Source: Octopus bimaculoides (lineage: Eukaryota). From it: a stretch of 63,919 bases of DNA. Each line of letters opens with the position of its first letter. The stretch's first letter is position 1. A model generated the notes under the pieces. It ran no database searches and was not told the DNA's origin. It saw only the letters and a list, made by a program, of their open reading frames with translations. The DNA lies in contig NC_068982.1 of the NCBI RefSeq assembly GCF_001194135.2, positions 98,442,197 through 98,506,115 on the forward strand, in the 5' to 3' direction. The position numbers and the translations under genes are program-made. Shown piece by piece: positions 13,036 to 24,165 of the stretch.

Positions 13036-13417
13036 CAGGGTCTTGTAGATAAATTAAGACCAAGTTTAAGCAGTTGACATAGTGGGTTTAACATTTCATT
13101 TTTTGACAAAACCTTGCTTGCTTGAAAATCTAGTCTTCCTCTTTATTTTCCAGGTAAATAGCAAACTGATTCAACAACAGAAAGTCATGGAACAACAGAA
13201 TCGTTCCGCCATTGTTGTTTTGGCGCACGCCGGGCACACTGCCAATAAAATCGTTAAGTTGGCGAAACTTCCAAAAGCAACAGTTTACTGTGTGTATAAA
13301 CAATTCAAAGAGGATAAGATTGATAAAAAAGAATACAAAATTCGAAGTCATTCCAAGCGCAATCCAAAGTTTCTCGCTGGCCTCAAATGCTCGATTGAAG
13401 CCAACCCAACTAAAAAA
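13036..13417 (+). mobile_element. Tc1/mariner-superfamily (maT-like) 5' fragment encoding the transposase DNA-binding N-terminus
   Basis: TA|CAGGGT terminus. MEQQNRSAIVVLAHAGHTANKIVKLAKLPKATVYCVYKQFKE is HTH-like. Confidence 0.7.
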
Positions 13418-13419
13418 TA

Positions 13420-13880
13420 TTCTGGAGCAAAACGAGTGGCAATCCCAGAGTCAAGCACAGTGTGTTACCTGGGGATTGATATGAACAACAACTCGTTTCA
13501 TGTACATACCACCAAGGTGGCAACCTGCAAGCGGAAGATCGGATGGATTCTGAGAACTTTCAGATCAATGGTCTACGAAATTATGCTAATCCTATGGAGG
13601 ACGTTTGACCTCAGTCGTCTGGACTTCAACTATGATCACCCGTCTGTTTTCAATTATGATCACTCCACAGTATCAACTTAATAGCGCAGCTCGAAGCAGT
13701 TCAACGGTGTTACACCAAGAAGATTGTATCAATGAAACACTTGAGCTACTGGGAGAGATTGAAAGGATTGCGAATCTACCCCATAGAGCGAAGACGGTAG
13801 AGGTGTGTGGGGATACACTCTCACGAATAGTCATCTTGCCATCTTGGAATCTTATCTGCATAATATCCTACAACCCGGAG
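13420..13880 (+). mobile_element. CR1/L2-like LINE 3' fragment (RT thumb and C-terminus)
   Basis: STVCYLGIDM...KIGWILRTFRS...LWRTFDLSRLDF and QLEAVQRCYTKKIVSMKHLSYWERLKGL. Confidence 0.8.
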
Positions 13881-15320
13881 CAAAGCATTAATATATGCAT
13901 ACATACATACATACATACATACATACCTTCATGCATACAGTTACATATATACATACGCACATGAGTGCGTACTTAAGCGCGCGCGCGGATCCGTGTATGT
14001 ATAGTAATATTTACATTTATGTGAGCGTCCCGCCCACCTCAACTTTACCATTCACTATTCGGGGTGAAGTTCTGAGGTCAGTAATATCAACTATTCTCTT
14101 CCTTAAATTTTTTGGTTCTGTGCTGCTAGTGTTACAAACCAATATCTATTCCTGCTTTTGGTGCCTAGTTATTCTCCATATTTATACTTTATGGCATCGA
14201 ACGCAAATGGAAACAATTTTTCTTCTATCCATTCAACCAATAAATTTTATGGGTGCTAAAATTAGGAATAATTATTTCTTTTAGTTCCTACCGTTTTGAA
14301 CTACGAAAGTGCCAAATTTTCATTGTTAATGCATAATATATTACTGAAATCAATTTAATATTGTTTTATGAGCTCACAACTAGAGAGTTTAATACTTTAG
14401 TCGACAGTCAACATCATCTTGATATTAACATAGGCTAAAACCCCGGAATCCGATGAAATTAGTGATGGTCTGCTAACGTTGAACATGCTTTCAAGTTAAA
14501 ATAATAAATCTAACTTAATATGAAATAATCACATGCATAGATTAAGATTTAGGGACAGTTTAATGGTTATCATTTCGTCATTGGCCCTTCCATCTGTATC
14601 TCTATCACATATCACACAGATTTATTTCTTTGTTATATGCAATGTCACGAAAGATTTGTTTTACGTATTTTATCTAATAACATCATTTCACGTTAGATAA
14701 TATTATCTAAGGTAAATGCTTCACACACACGCAACTATGCTATTTCTCATCTATAACATTTTATCCAGCTTAGACATACCATAATTCCACAAGAAACGTG
14801 AAAAGAAACAGAGTGCCTGTGTATATTTCAATCTTCGTATCTAGAATTCGATGTTTTCATAAAGAAAATAACAAGATAAGACATAAATGAGAAGTATTTT
14901 CTTGTGTTCAGACAATTAATGCTATTTCCTCATATAAATTAATTTTTATCTGATAGTATGTTCTTTATTTTTTTTCTTCTATTGTCGCCTGTCTGGTCTC
15001 TCATTATTAGAGTCACCACCCTGTAAGATATCACCGTATATAATGATGTCTTATTTATAGTTATTATTTATTTTGATCATTTTCTTCTTTTGATGTTACA
15101 ATTAGTAACAATTTGTACACTGAATGACATATTCAGTAGAGCTTGTATTATTTGCGTCTCTTTACATTCTGAGTTCAAATCATAACCGGATCAATATAAT
15201 CAAACATGCAAATTTATAGCGTTGTATCTTTGTTGTGGTTGTTTTGGTGTCAGCAGCACATCATTTCGAGTTGGTCGTAAGTTTGTCCGTCGGTTCGAAT
15301 GTTCAAAAGTTGTTAATTTA

Positions 15321-15380
15321 TCCTTTATCCTTTTACTTGTTTCAGTCACTGTAACTATGGCCATACTGGAGCATCGCCTT
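15321..15380 (-). mobile_element. SINE family A 3' tail fragment, directly downstream of the 7SL copy
   Basis: Minus strand aaggcgatgctccagtatggccatagttacagtgactgaaacaagtaaaagg matches the tail of the other family A copies. Confidence 0.8.
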
Positions 15381-15392
15381 AATTTTATTTTT

Positions 15393-15692
15393 AAAGGTTG
15401 GAGTCCAATTATATATCGAACAGGCTACCAGCCGACGACTATTCACAGGCGCGATCCAACTACTGCTCGACACGGGGTCTTTTGCTTGCTGCATTTCCAC
15501 CCTCAGCCGAAGTGACCCTCCTTAGACAATCTGGTCCTGATGAGCTACCTCTCCAGTACCATACTGATGCCAAGCTTAGCACGGGCATCCGATTGCCATA
15601 TAAAACCAACTACCATGACTCTCATCCTCAAACCGGCCAACCAATCAGGCCTTCGAGTAAATGGATTATAGGAGCACGCTACAACTCCCGAA
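15393..15692 (-). ncRNA. 7SL: 7SL / SRP RNA full-length copy (probably a retroposed pseudogene)
   Basis: About 300 nt, colinear with metazoan 7SL as I recall it: Alu-like 5' end CGGGAGTTGTAGCGTGCTCCTATAATCC..TACTCG; TATGGCAATCGGATGCCCGTGCTAAGCTTGGCATCAGTATGG; TTGTCTAAGGAGGG; helix-8-like AGG-GTG-GAAA-TGC-AGCA; CAGTAGTTGGATCGCGCCTGTGAATAG (15439-15465); ends CCTTT followed by AAAAATAAAA. Confidence 0.9.
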
Positions 15693-15735
15693 ATTTTGTT
15701 ATATAATAGTCGTTTGAGCCAGTAAGAACTCGCTG

Positions 15736-15813
<78 letters not shown>

Positions 15814-18270
15814 TATTCATTTTGTTTTTTGTTTGTTCGTTTCCTGCCTTTTTTGGAAGAAGCATTTTCAAATTTTATGTTTGAAAAGCACTTTTTTTAT
15901 TACAAACATGGCATCGCCTTCCACAGTCCGCAAACTGATAGAAGAGGCAGTAAGTGACTGGCAGCAGAACGATTTTCACGTGTTTACTTCTTCAAAGGGA
16001 AGCCAACAAGATGACGGTAGATATTTATGTTAGAAAAAAAAAGGTGAGACCATCATGGCGAGAACATCGACAGGAGCTAAACAACGATAACAAATTCGCA
16101 AAAGAGTTTGTTATCCTTTAGGCATAGCTTTCCCTGACTAATATTACAGTATAACTGCCTTATTTAATAACTGTCAGAGATCTGGTTGCTATTTCTAGCG
16201 GGTTGAGCGATCACGTAGAGGCTCTCTCCTTGGTTCATTGTATCACTTGCCTCATTTATAATAAAATAAATTTCTTTCACTCTCTCCTCTCTCTCCCACT
16301 CTCCCTCTCGCCTCTTTCTCTCCTCTCTCCCTAATCTATTTTATTTTGGGTGTAGGTAAAGTATGGCCGAATAATTGAAACGTTTCGCTTCGCGATCAAA
16401 GCTCCTGTATTCCAACCCTAAGCGTTGCCTCTTGGACATGTGTCATTTTCTTTGGTTTCATGTCGGCCTATACCTTGTAAGTGAAAAATCGTTCTTGTAG
16501 TTCAGAAGGTACAGCCCTTACGACCATATCACAATGCTTCACGTTGATTCTGGCTAATAATTATTTCAAGAGTACACGTGCCCCTGTGGAATGCTCAACT
16601 ACTTACACCTTAATTCAGGAGCAGGTAATGTAGTAGACCAAACAGCCGAATTCTCATCACTGAACAGCGTTGATCCACCACCATCACCACTACCACCACT
16701 GTCACCACTACTACCACCACCACCACCACCACCACCCTATCTCGGGCAGTGTTGTAATGTCGATGTATATTTAACAGTTTCCACTGACAAAGCGAATCAT
16801 TGTTGCCTCCTTCCATAAAGTCGACGTTAGTCAGAGTCTCCTAGATGCTTAGTGACTTTCTTAATCGAGTTTACATTTGATCTTGGAAATATTTCTGTTC
16901 ATAGTAGCCAACAGTTAACCAGTTGGTACTAGAGTGTGTTAACTCTTTAATGACAGAGAAGCACACTCTTTCTTAGTATGGTTTCTTTCATACAACACAG
17001 TCATCTCTTTACACACATTCACAGTTTCTTTTCTTTAATTAACTTGTCTTTCAACTTCACTCATACATACCTTCGCCTAAACAACTAATCAACAATTGGC
17101 ACAATTTTCTCTTTGTATCCTCTCACTTATTCATGCATTTCATAGTTTAACTGCCACTCTGTTCTCAGTCTCGCTCGCTGTTTCTCTTGGATGTCTTTCT
17201 CATCAGACAGCTCATACCAAGAATCTATATCTGTTTACGATGGTCGTTCTCTAACATTAAATTTGGTCTTCTGACAGTTGTGGATATACAAATGTTGTAT
17301 TCAAAATCCCAACAGTGTTTTTCTTATTCTCTAGAATAGGTTCTTTATCCTATTTAATATTACGCCCAAACTTAGTTTAACTGTCGGATTTCTGCGTTTA
17401 AATTCTATTTAATACTTTGAATAATTCAAAGATACCATCTGCATAAAAAGCAATAGGGTTGTTAGTATGAATTGATGTGATACATACAACCTTAGAAACA
17501 TAACTAGAAATAGATACGTAGTGAGGGAGAAATCCTATCTGTGAAAGGTTCCCTATATATANNNNNNNNNNNNNNNNNNNNNNNNNNNNNNNNNNNNNNN
17601 NNNNNNNNNNNNNNNNNNNNNNNNNNNNNNNNNNNNNNNNNNNNNNNNNNNNNNNNNNNNNNNNNNNNNNNNNNNNNNNNNNNNNNNNNNNNNNNNNNNN
17701 NNNNNNNNNNNNNNNNNNNNNNNNNNNNNNNNNNNNNNNNNNNNNNNNNNNNNNNNNNNNNNNNNNNNNNNNNNNNNNNNNNNNNNNNNNNNNNNNNNNN
17801 NNNNNNNNNNNNNNNNNNNNNNNNNNNNNNNNNNNNNNNNNNNNNNNNNNNNNNNNNNNNNNNNNNNNNNNNNNNNNNNNNNNNNNNNNNNNNNNNNNNN
17901 NNNNNNNNNNNNNNNNNNNNNNNNNNNNNNNNNNNNNNNNNNNNNNNNNNNNNNNNNNNNNNNNNNNNNNNNNNNNNNNNNNNNNNNNNNNNNNNNNNNN
18001 NNNNNNNNNNNNNNNNNNNNNNNNNNNNNNNNNNNNNNNNNNNNNNNNNNNNNNNNNNNNNNNNNNNNNNNNNNNNNNNNNNNNNNNNNNNNNNNNNNNN
18101 NNNNNNNNNNNNNNNNNNNNNNNNNNNNNNNNNNNNNNNNNNNNNNNNNNNNNNNNNNNNNNNNNNNNNNNNNNNNNNNNNNNNNNNNNNNNNNNNNNNN
18201 NNNNNNNNNNNNNNNNNNNNNNNNNTATATATAAGTAATGGGAAGAAATAACAAGAGATGCATGTTTTCG

Positions 18271-18500
18271 TATACATCCGCTTACTTTCTTCCAAAGAAT
18301 CTACTGCTCTTAGATTAGATTTTCTTGGGGCCGGACTGATTAGAGCAGTCTCGAGATTAACCGGCCGAAACTGCAAAGACGATTTGCTTCTCGACTGATG
18401 ATTGAAAGCTCCGAATGACCCGTCCTTGTTTTTTCCTGTCCTTTTTGCATCACCTACTGTCCGAATGTTTTCTTTTCGCCTGTTACGTTCTTGTTCCATT
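18271..18500 (+). mobile_element. Probable Penelope-like terminal repeat fragment
   Basis: GGCCGG...CCGGCC-GAAAC stem followed by a GCAAA/TTTGC hairpin, CTGATGA and a T-rich tail. The family assignment is pattern recognition only. Confidence 0.35.
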
Positions 18501-19750
18501 TTTTTTTTTTGATTTTTTTTATATATGCATATAGTGGCTTACACTTTTGGTCTCCTGTATGTAAGTACATACATACATACATACATACATACATACACAC
18601 ATACGTACATACATGCACACACTCATATATTGTTTGTTGTACATATATATGCATACACTCATATATTGTTTGTATCACGACAGAACGCACGCGTTACCTT
18701 TATACAGTAAGTTTTAACTATTTTTCTAACGCGACTCTCTCTATTTCTATCTCCCCCTCTCATTCTTTCCTCTACTGNNNNNNNNNNNNNNNNNNNNNNN
18801 NNNNNNNNNNNNNNNNNNNNNNNNNNNNNNNNNNNNNNNNNNNNNNNNNNNNNNNNNNNNNNNNNNNNNNNNNNNNNNNNNNNNNNNNNNNNNNNNNNNN
18901 NNNNNNNNNNNNNNNNNNNNNNNNNNNNNNNNNNNNNNNNNNNNNNNNNNNNNNNNNNNNNNNNNNNNNNNNNNNNNNNNNNNNNNNNNNNNNNNNNNNN
19001 NNNNNNNNNNNNNNNNNNNNNNNNNNNNNNNNNNNNNNNNNNNNNNNNNNNNNNNNNNNNNNNNNNNNNNNNNNNNNNNNNNNNNNNNNNNNNNNNNNNN
19101 NNNNNNNNNNNNNNNNNNNNNNNNNNNNNNNNNNNNNNNNNNNNNNNNNNNNNNNNNNNNNNNNNNNNNNNNNNNNNNNNNNNNNNNNNNNNNNNNNNNN
19201 NNNNNNNNNNNNNNNNNNNNNNNNNNNNNNNNNNNNNNNNNNNNNNNNNNNNNNNNNNNNNNNNNNNNNNNNNNNNNNNNNNNNNNNNNNNNNNNNNNNN
19301 NNNNNNNNNNNNNNNNNNNNNNNNNNNNNNNNNNNNNNNNNNNNNNNNNNNNATATATATATAAATTCTGTATGACTCTTACTCTTTCCTTTAGCCTCTT
19401 TCACACTTTCTTCGTTCCTTCCACTTTTCTTTTTCTCGTTTCCACGCTCTCTCACATTTCTTAGCACTCCTTTCATTCTCATCACTTTACCTCCTCCTTT
19501 ACCTCACTCTGTCCCTTTCTTTTTCTCTCTTTCTCGTCCCTCCCTAATTCTTCAAACCCTCTACCTACCACCGCTCTCCTCTCCTTCCACATGACCGGTG
19601 TTCGGCCAAGCCTGACTTGTTCGACTATAATATGGGTGGCTAATTCGCTATTTTACAGCCTAAAAGCAAAAATATATACGCCACTAAATTGTGCAAGGGT
19701 TAAATCATCACCAGTATTGCTAGAAATAAGACTCAAAAGTCAGAAAAGCA

Positions 19751-20050
19751 CTCGAAGAGCGTAGGCTCGAAACGTAAAAGACTTTCTCACTTTCCCGGGC
19801 GTCAAACTAATACACCTGTTTGTCGTGAATACACTTGTCTACGTCTTTTGTTTTTCTGTAAATTTCAACTATGTATATACGTATATATATATATATATGG
19901 GAGAATGTACGAAAAAAAACAACAACAGACGAGGACAGGTGGTGTAAACAACAAAAGGATGTATTAGTATGACGCTCGGGAATACGGAAAGTCTTTAAAG
20001 TTTCGAGCTACGCTCTTCAACAGAAAGAATACGGAGACAAGGAGAAAAAC
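19751..20050. mobile_element. Inverted pair of diverged Penelope-like terminal repeats around (TA)n
   Basis: 19751-19870 (+) and 19899-20050 (-) are homologous to each other and to 12187-12340. Confidence 0.65.
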
Positions 20051-20394
20051 ACGGAGAAAAAAATGAATAGTGTTCAGTCAGCGGTCAATCATAGTAATGG
20101 CTAATCATAGTAATGGCTGACAGGAAGTTAGAGATTTTTTTTCACAGGAGAGCTAAGAAAAGGGGGAGAAAGAACGGTGATCGAAGAACGAGGGGCTGTG
20201 TGTGTGGGAGATAGAATGCTGGTGATCTTGACGTATGTGTGTGTGAAAATGGGGAAGGGAGAAAGGAGTTGGTCAGTTGTAGTGTGTGCGTGGTGTGATG
20301 TGAGGGTGTTGGTGTGATGTGATGTGAGGGTGTTGGGAGGTGGGGAAGGCATGGGTGGAGTGTGGGTTAGGCTGAGGGTGGGGGTATATATATA

Positions 20395-21689
20395 CAGGGT
20401 GCGTAAGATATTTGAGGACAGATTTATGTTTGTAAAACACGGATATATAATAACAGATAACTCTATCAAAAGATGCTATGAGGATAAAAATAAACTTTCT
20501 ATTCTATAATGTTATTTAATAAAGCCACCTTCAGCTTCAACAACTTCTATAAGAGATCTAAATCATCTACATGCTCGAATCAAGTGGTCCTGGTTCATTT
20601 TTGCCATTACTCTGACTACGGCATCTTTCAAAGAATCATTGGTGTTATGGAAGTGTTCAATGACCTCTCTCTCAACAACGCTCCACATGTAATAGTCCAA
20701 TGGATTGAGAACTGAGGAATTAGGAGGCCAAATGTTAGGGGTTATGTGATCATGAAAATTGTCAGGTATTCATTCCTTTGTTAACAGAGTCATGTGTGAC
20801 AGCGCAAAGTCTTACTGAAACAAATATGGCTTTTCATTGCATACACTGTCTATCCAGAGCTTAACAATTATTTCCAGGACTGCAATGTAGGCAGCAGAGT
20901 TAACTCTAAGGCCTTGTGGAAAGAAGTAAGGAGGCATCACATGTCCTTCATTGCTGACAACCCCTAAAACCATGACACTTGCAAGAAATTNNNNNNNNNN
21001 ATCACATGTCCTTCATTGCTGACAACCCCTAAAACCATGACACTTGCAAGAAATTTTGTATGCATAACACTTGGAACTTCAGAAGGGTTTGCACATAACC
21101 ATCTGTCATTTTTCTGTTAACTTAATGATTTTGGTCGAAGTTTTTCCGGTTTGAAAAAAAACAAATCAAATCTGCTGAATTTTTCAGTTTGTTTAAGAGC
21201 CTTTTAGATCTAATGTAGTGATTTTCTTTCGCTTTTTCTAATTGACCTTTCCTCATCATATAAGACTTATATCTGATATCTTCGTGGGCATTTCTGACTA
21301 TTCCTTCTGACACATGGAGATCATGTGCAATTGACCTCATGGACTTTCTGATATTGTAATCAATGGTGTGTTGAACTTGCTGGATAAATTCAGGTATTCT
21401 GATGATTCCAGAGCGTTCAAAATGTATTTTATATTTTGATACTGGTGATACGTCTCCATTTTCTGTCTCTAACTCCTTACATAACTTGTAGACAAAAGAT
21501 CTGGCAAGATTTAAAAATCGAGATATTTCTAAATCGCTATGTTCAGCCTTTATAACCACAATAACACCATGCCTCTTCATTTCTTGAGTAAGCTGAAGGT
21601 CTGCCATTATTATTTTCTGAAACAAAGATTTAGCAAAAGTGCAGCAATGACCCCAAAAAGGTATGTCCTCAAATACTTTACGCACCCTG
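20395..21689 (-). mobile_element. Full-length degenerate maT/DD37D-like Tc1/mariner transposon
   Basis: TIRs CAGGGTGCGTAA..TATTTGAGGAC at both ends with TA outside. ORF 21122-21685 gives the HTH region. Further on the minus strand are NDRWLC, SVMVLGVVSNEG, FFPQGLRVNSAAY and WPPNSSVLNPLDYYMWS; frameshifted. Confidence 0.9.
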
Positions 21690-22479
21690 TATATNNNNNN
21701 NNNNNNNNNNNNNNNNNNNNNNNNNNNNNNNNNNNNNNNNNNNNNNNNNNNNNNNNNNNNNNNNNNNNNNNNNNNNNNNNNNNNNNNNNNNNNNNNNNNN
21801 NNNNNNNNNNNNNNNNNNNNNNNNNNNNNNNNNNNNNNNNNNNNNNNNNNNNNNNNNNNNNNNNNNNNNNNNNNNNNNNNNNNNNNNNNNNNNNNNNNNN
21901 NNNNNNNNNNNNNNNNNNNNNNNNNNNNNNNNNNNNNNNNNNNNNNNNNNNNNNNNNNNNNNNNNNNNNNNNNNNNNNNNNNNNNNNNNNNNNNNNNNNN
22001 NNNNNNNNNNNNNNNNNNNNNNNNNNNNNNNNNNNNNNNNNNNNNNNNNNNNNNNNNNNNNNNNNNNNNNNNNNNNNNNNNNNNNNNNNNNNNNNNNNNN
22101 NNNNNNNNNNNNNNNNNNNNNNNNNNNNNNNNNNNNNNNNNNNNNNNNNNNNNNNNNNNNNNNNNNNNNNNNNNNNNNNNNNNNNNNNNNNATATACATA
22201 TGTATATCTATCTGTGTGTATATATATGCATGTACGTATGTAATGCATGTATCTACGTATGTATATTTCTCGCATATTTTATAATCCATTTTGTATGAAA
22301 CGCTTTATACTCTGTGTAGGAATCGTTGTGGCCAATAAAGAATTGTTCCCATTGTTGTCGATTTTGCTGTTTTCGTCATTATAAGTATTTATGCTTTTGC
22401 GACTGTTGTTTTTGGTGGTGATGGTCGTGGTATGAATATTGTTCATATTAATATTTTGCTATTGATATATTACTGTTTA

Positions 22480-22974
22480 TTATCATCACGATGAAGACCT
22501 CCACCACGATTATAATCATCATCATATCCATCCTCCTTCTATTTCTCATCCTCCTTCTCATCATCATCCTCGTCAGCATCAGCAGCAGCAACAGCAGCAG
22601 CAGCACCACCACCACCACCACCACCACCACCACTACCCCAATCACTACCACCACCATCACCACCATCATCATCATCATCATCATCATCATTACCACCACC
22701 ACCACCGCCACCGCCACACCACGACCACCATCACAACCACGACTCTAACCACTACCCCACCACTACCACCACGATTATCATCACCATCATCATCACCATC
22801 CTCATCCTCATCGTCGTCGTCGTCGTCGTCGTTCCCATCATCCTCTTTTTCATCACCATCAGCAGCAGCAGCACCCTATCATCATTATTATCATTATCAT
22901 CATTCCCACCATCCTCTTCATCATTATCATCATCATCGTCATCATCATCGTCATCATCATCGTCATCATCATCG

Positions 22975-23040
<66 letters not shown>

Positions 23041-23060
23041 CCATCACTGTTATCCCTATC
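22480..23060. repeat. Compound (CAT/CAC/CAG)n trinucleotide tract
   Basis: Direct reading. Confidence 0.9.
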
Positions 23061-23653
23061 GCCATTAATATTATTCCATAGTTACGTATATGGTTCGACT
23101 CTTAACACCAGGTGCATCCAATGGATCCTCAGGTGTTTGTACCGTTGTTATTTTTTTGTTGTTGTTGATGATTAGATTACAGATAATTCTGCATCTTTCG
23201 ATTTGATTTCTTTTTTTCTTTTTTCATTTTATATATAATATTGCTATTGTTGTTGTTGTTGTTGTTGTTAATTGTTATTATGATGCTGTTGCTGCAAAAT
23301 GTTATTTTAGTGTTATGATATTTTATTGATAGCATCAGATGCAGTCGGTAGAATATTTGAGTCATGTTACTGTATTGAGGAGAAGATTATGTATAGCATA
23401 TGTTCTGTGCCCAGCGGGGCTATTATTTTGATTGTAAGTAACGATGCAGGAACCTGCTAGGGTGATTATAGTTTTCCAAATGTTCCTTCCTATCATACCC
23501 AGTGATCTACTTATTATCGATACAGCCTCCATAGTCTTATTCTTCTTTTCCATCTTGCTTATTTCAATTTCAAGTTCTCGTACATTGATTATCTTTACTC
23601 TCTCTTCAACACTTTCTTTTGCTTATCTCACTCTGCTTCTCTTTCTCTCTTTC

Positions 23654-23704
<51 letters not shown>

Positions 23705-23909
23705 CATCCTATTCTGTCTCTCGTATGCCCACTTTTTCTCTTCCATCTCTTGTTTCCACTACACCTGCCCCACTCTCTCTATACACACATATATATGTAT
23801 ATGTGAGTGTGTTTATGTGTGCGTGGGTGTGTGTGCGTGCGTGCGTGCGTGAGTGTGTATAAATATGCATGCATGTATTCGTAAATATATATATATATAT
23901 ATATATATA

Positions 23910-24074
23910 CTTTATTAAAAAGCAGTAAAAATATCACAAAAACTTTTACACAGAGTTTCACGTTCCCGTTCGTCGGACAGTTTTGCTTAGATTCTAAACA
24001 AAACTATCCCACGAATGGGAACGTGAAACCCTGAGTAACAGTTTTTGTGATATATTTGCTGATTCTTAATGAAG
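23910..24074. repeat. Palindromic hairpin element (76-bp arms, 13-nt loop)
   Basis: 23910-23985 is an imperfect reverse complement of 23999-24074. Confidence 0.8.
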
Positions 24075-24165
24075 CATATTTCTCTACCTCTGGTATTCGA
24101 GTGCTATTTTTTCCACCTTGTTTCCCATTTATGTGCTTACTCTGGTGTATGTATGTGTATGTGTA

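Noticed and set aside
15440-15520. Apparent aspartic-protease motif LLDTGS / FPPS on the plus strand (Gypsy-like) and ORF 15398-15706
   Set aside because: The region is fully explained as the antisense of 7SL RNA; no other LTR-element parts nearby.
16610-16740. Gly/Ser-rich minus-strand exon candidate ending at a GTAAGT donor
   Set aside because: The Gly run derives from a (CCA)n microsatellite, there is an in-frame stop just upstream and the acceptor is weak.
17150-17210. CTGATGA...GAAAC on the minus strand as a hammerhead
   Set aside because: Stem II does not pair and there is no NUH cleavage triplet after a stem III.
20325-20386. G-quadruplex-like G-runs; also Z-DNA-prone (CA/CG)n and purine tracts elsewhere
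   Set aside because: Such tracts are ubiquitous in this window and nothing indicates function.
20936-21055. 55-bp direct repeat inside the maT element
   Set aside because: The identical copies flank a 10-N gap, typical of an unmerged contig overlap.
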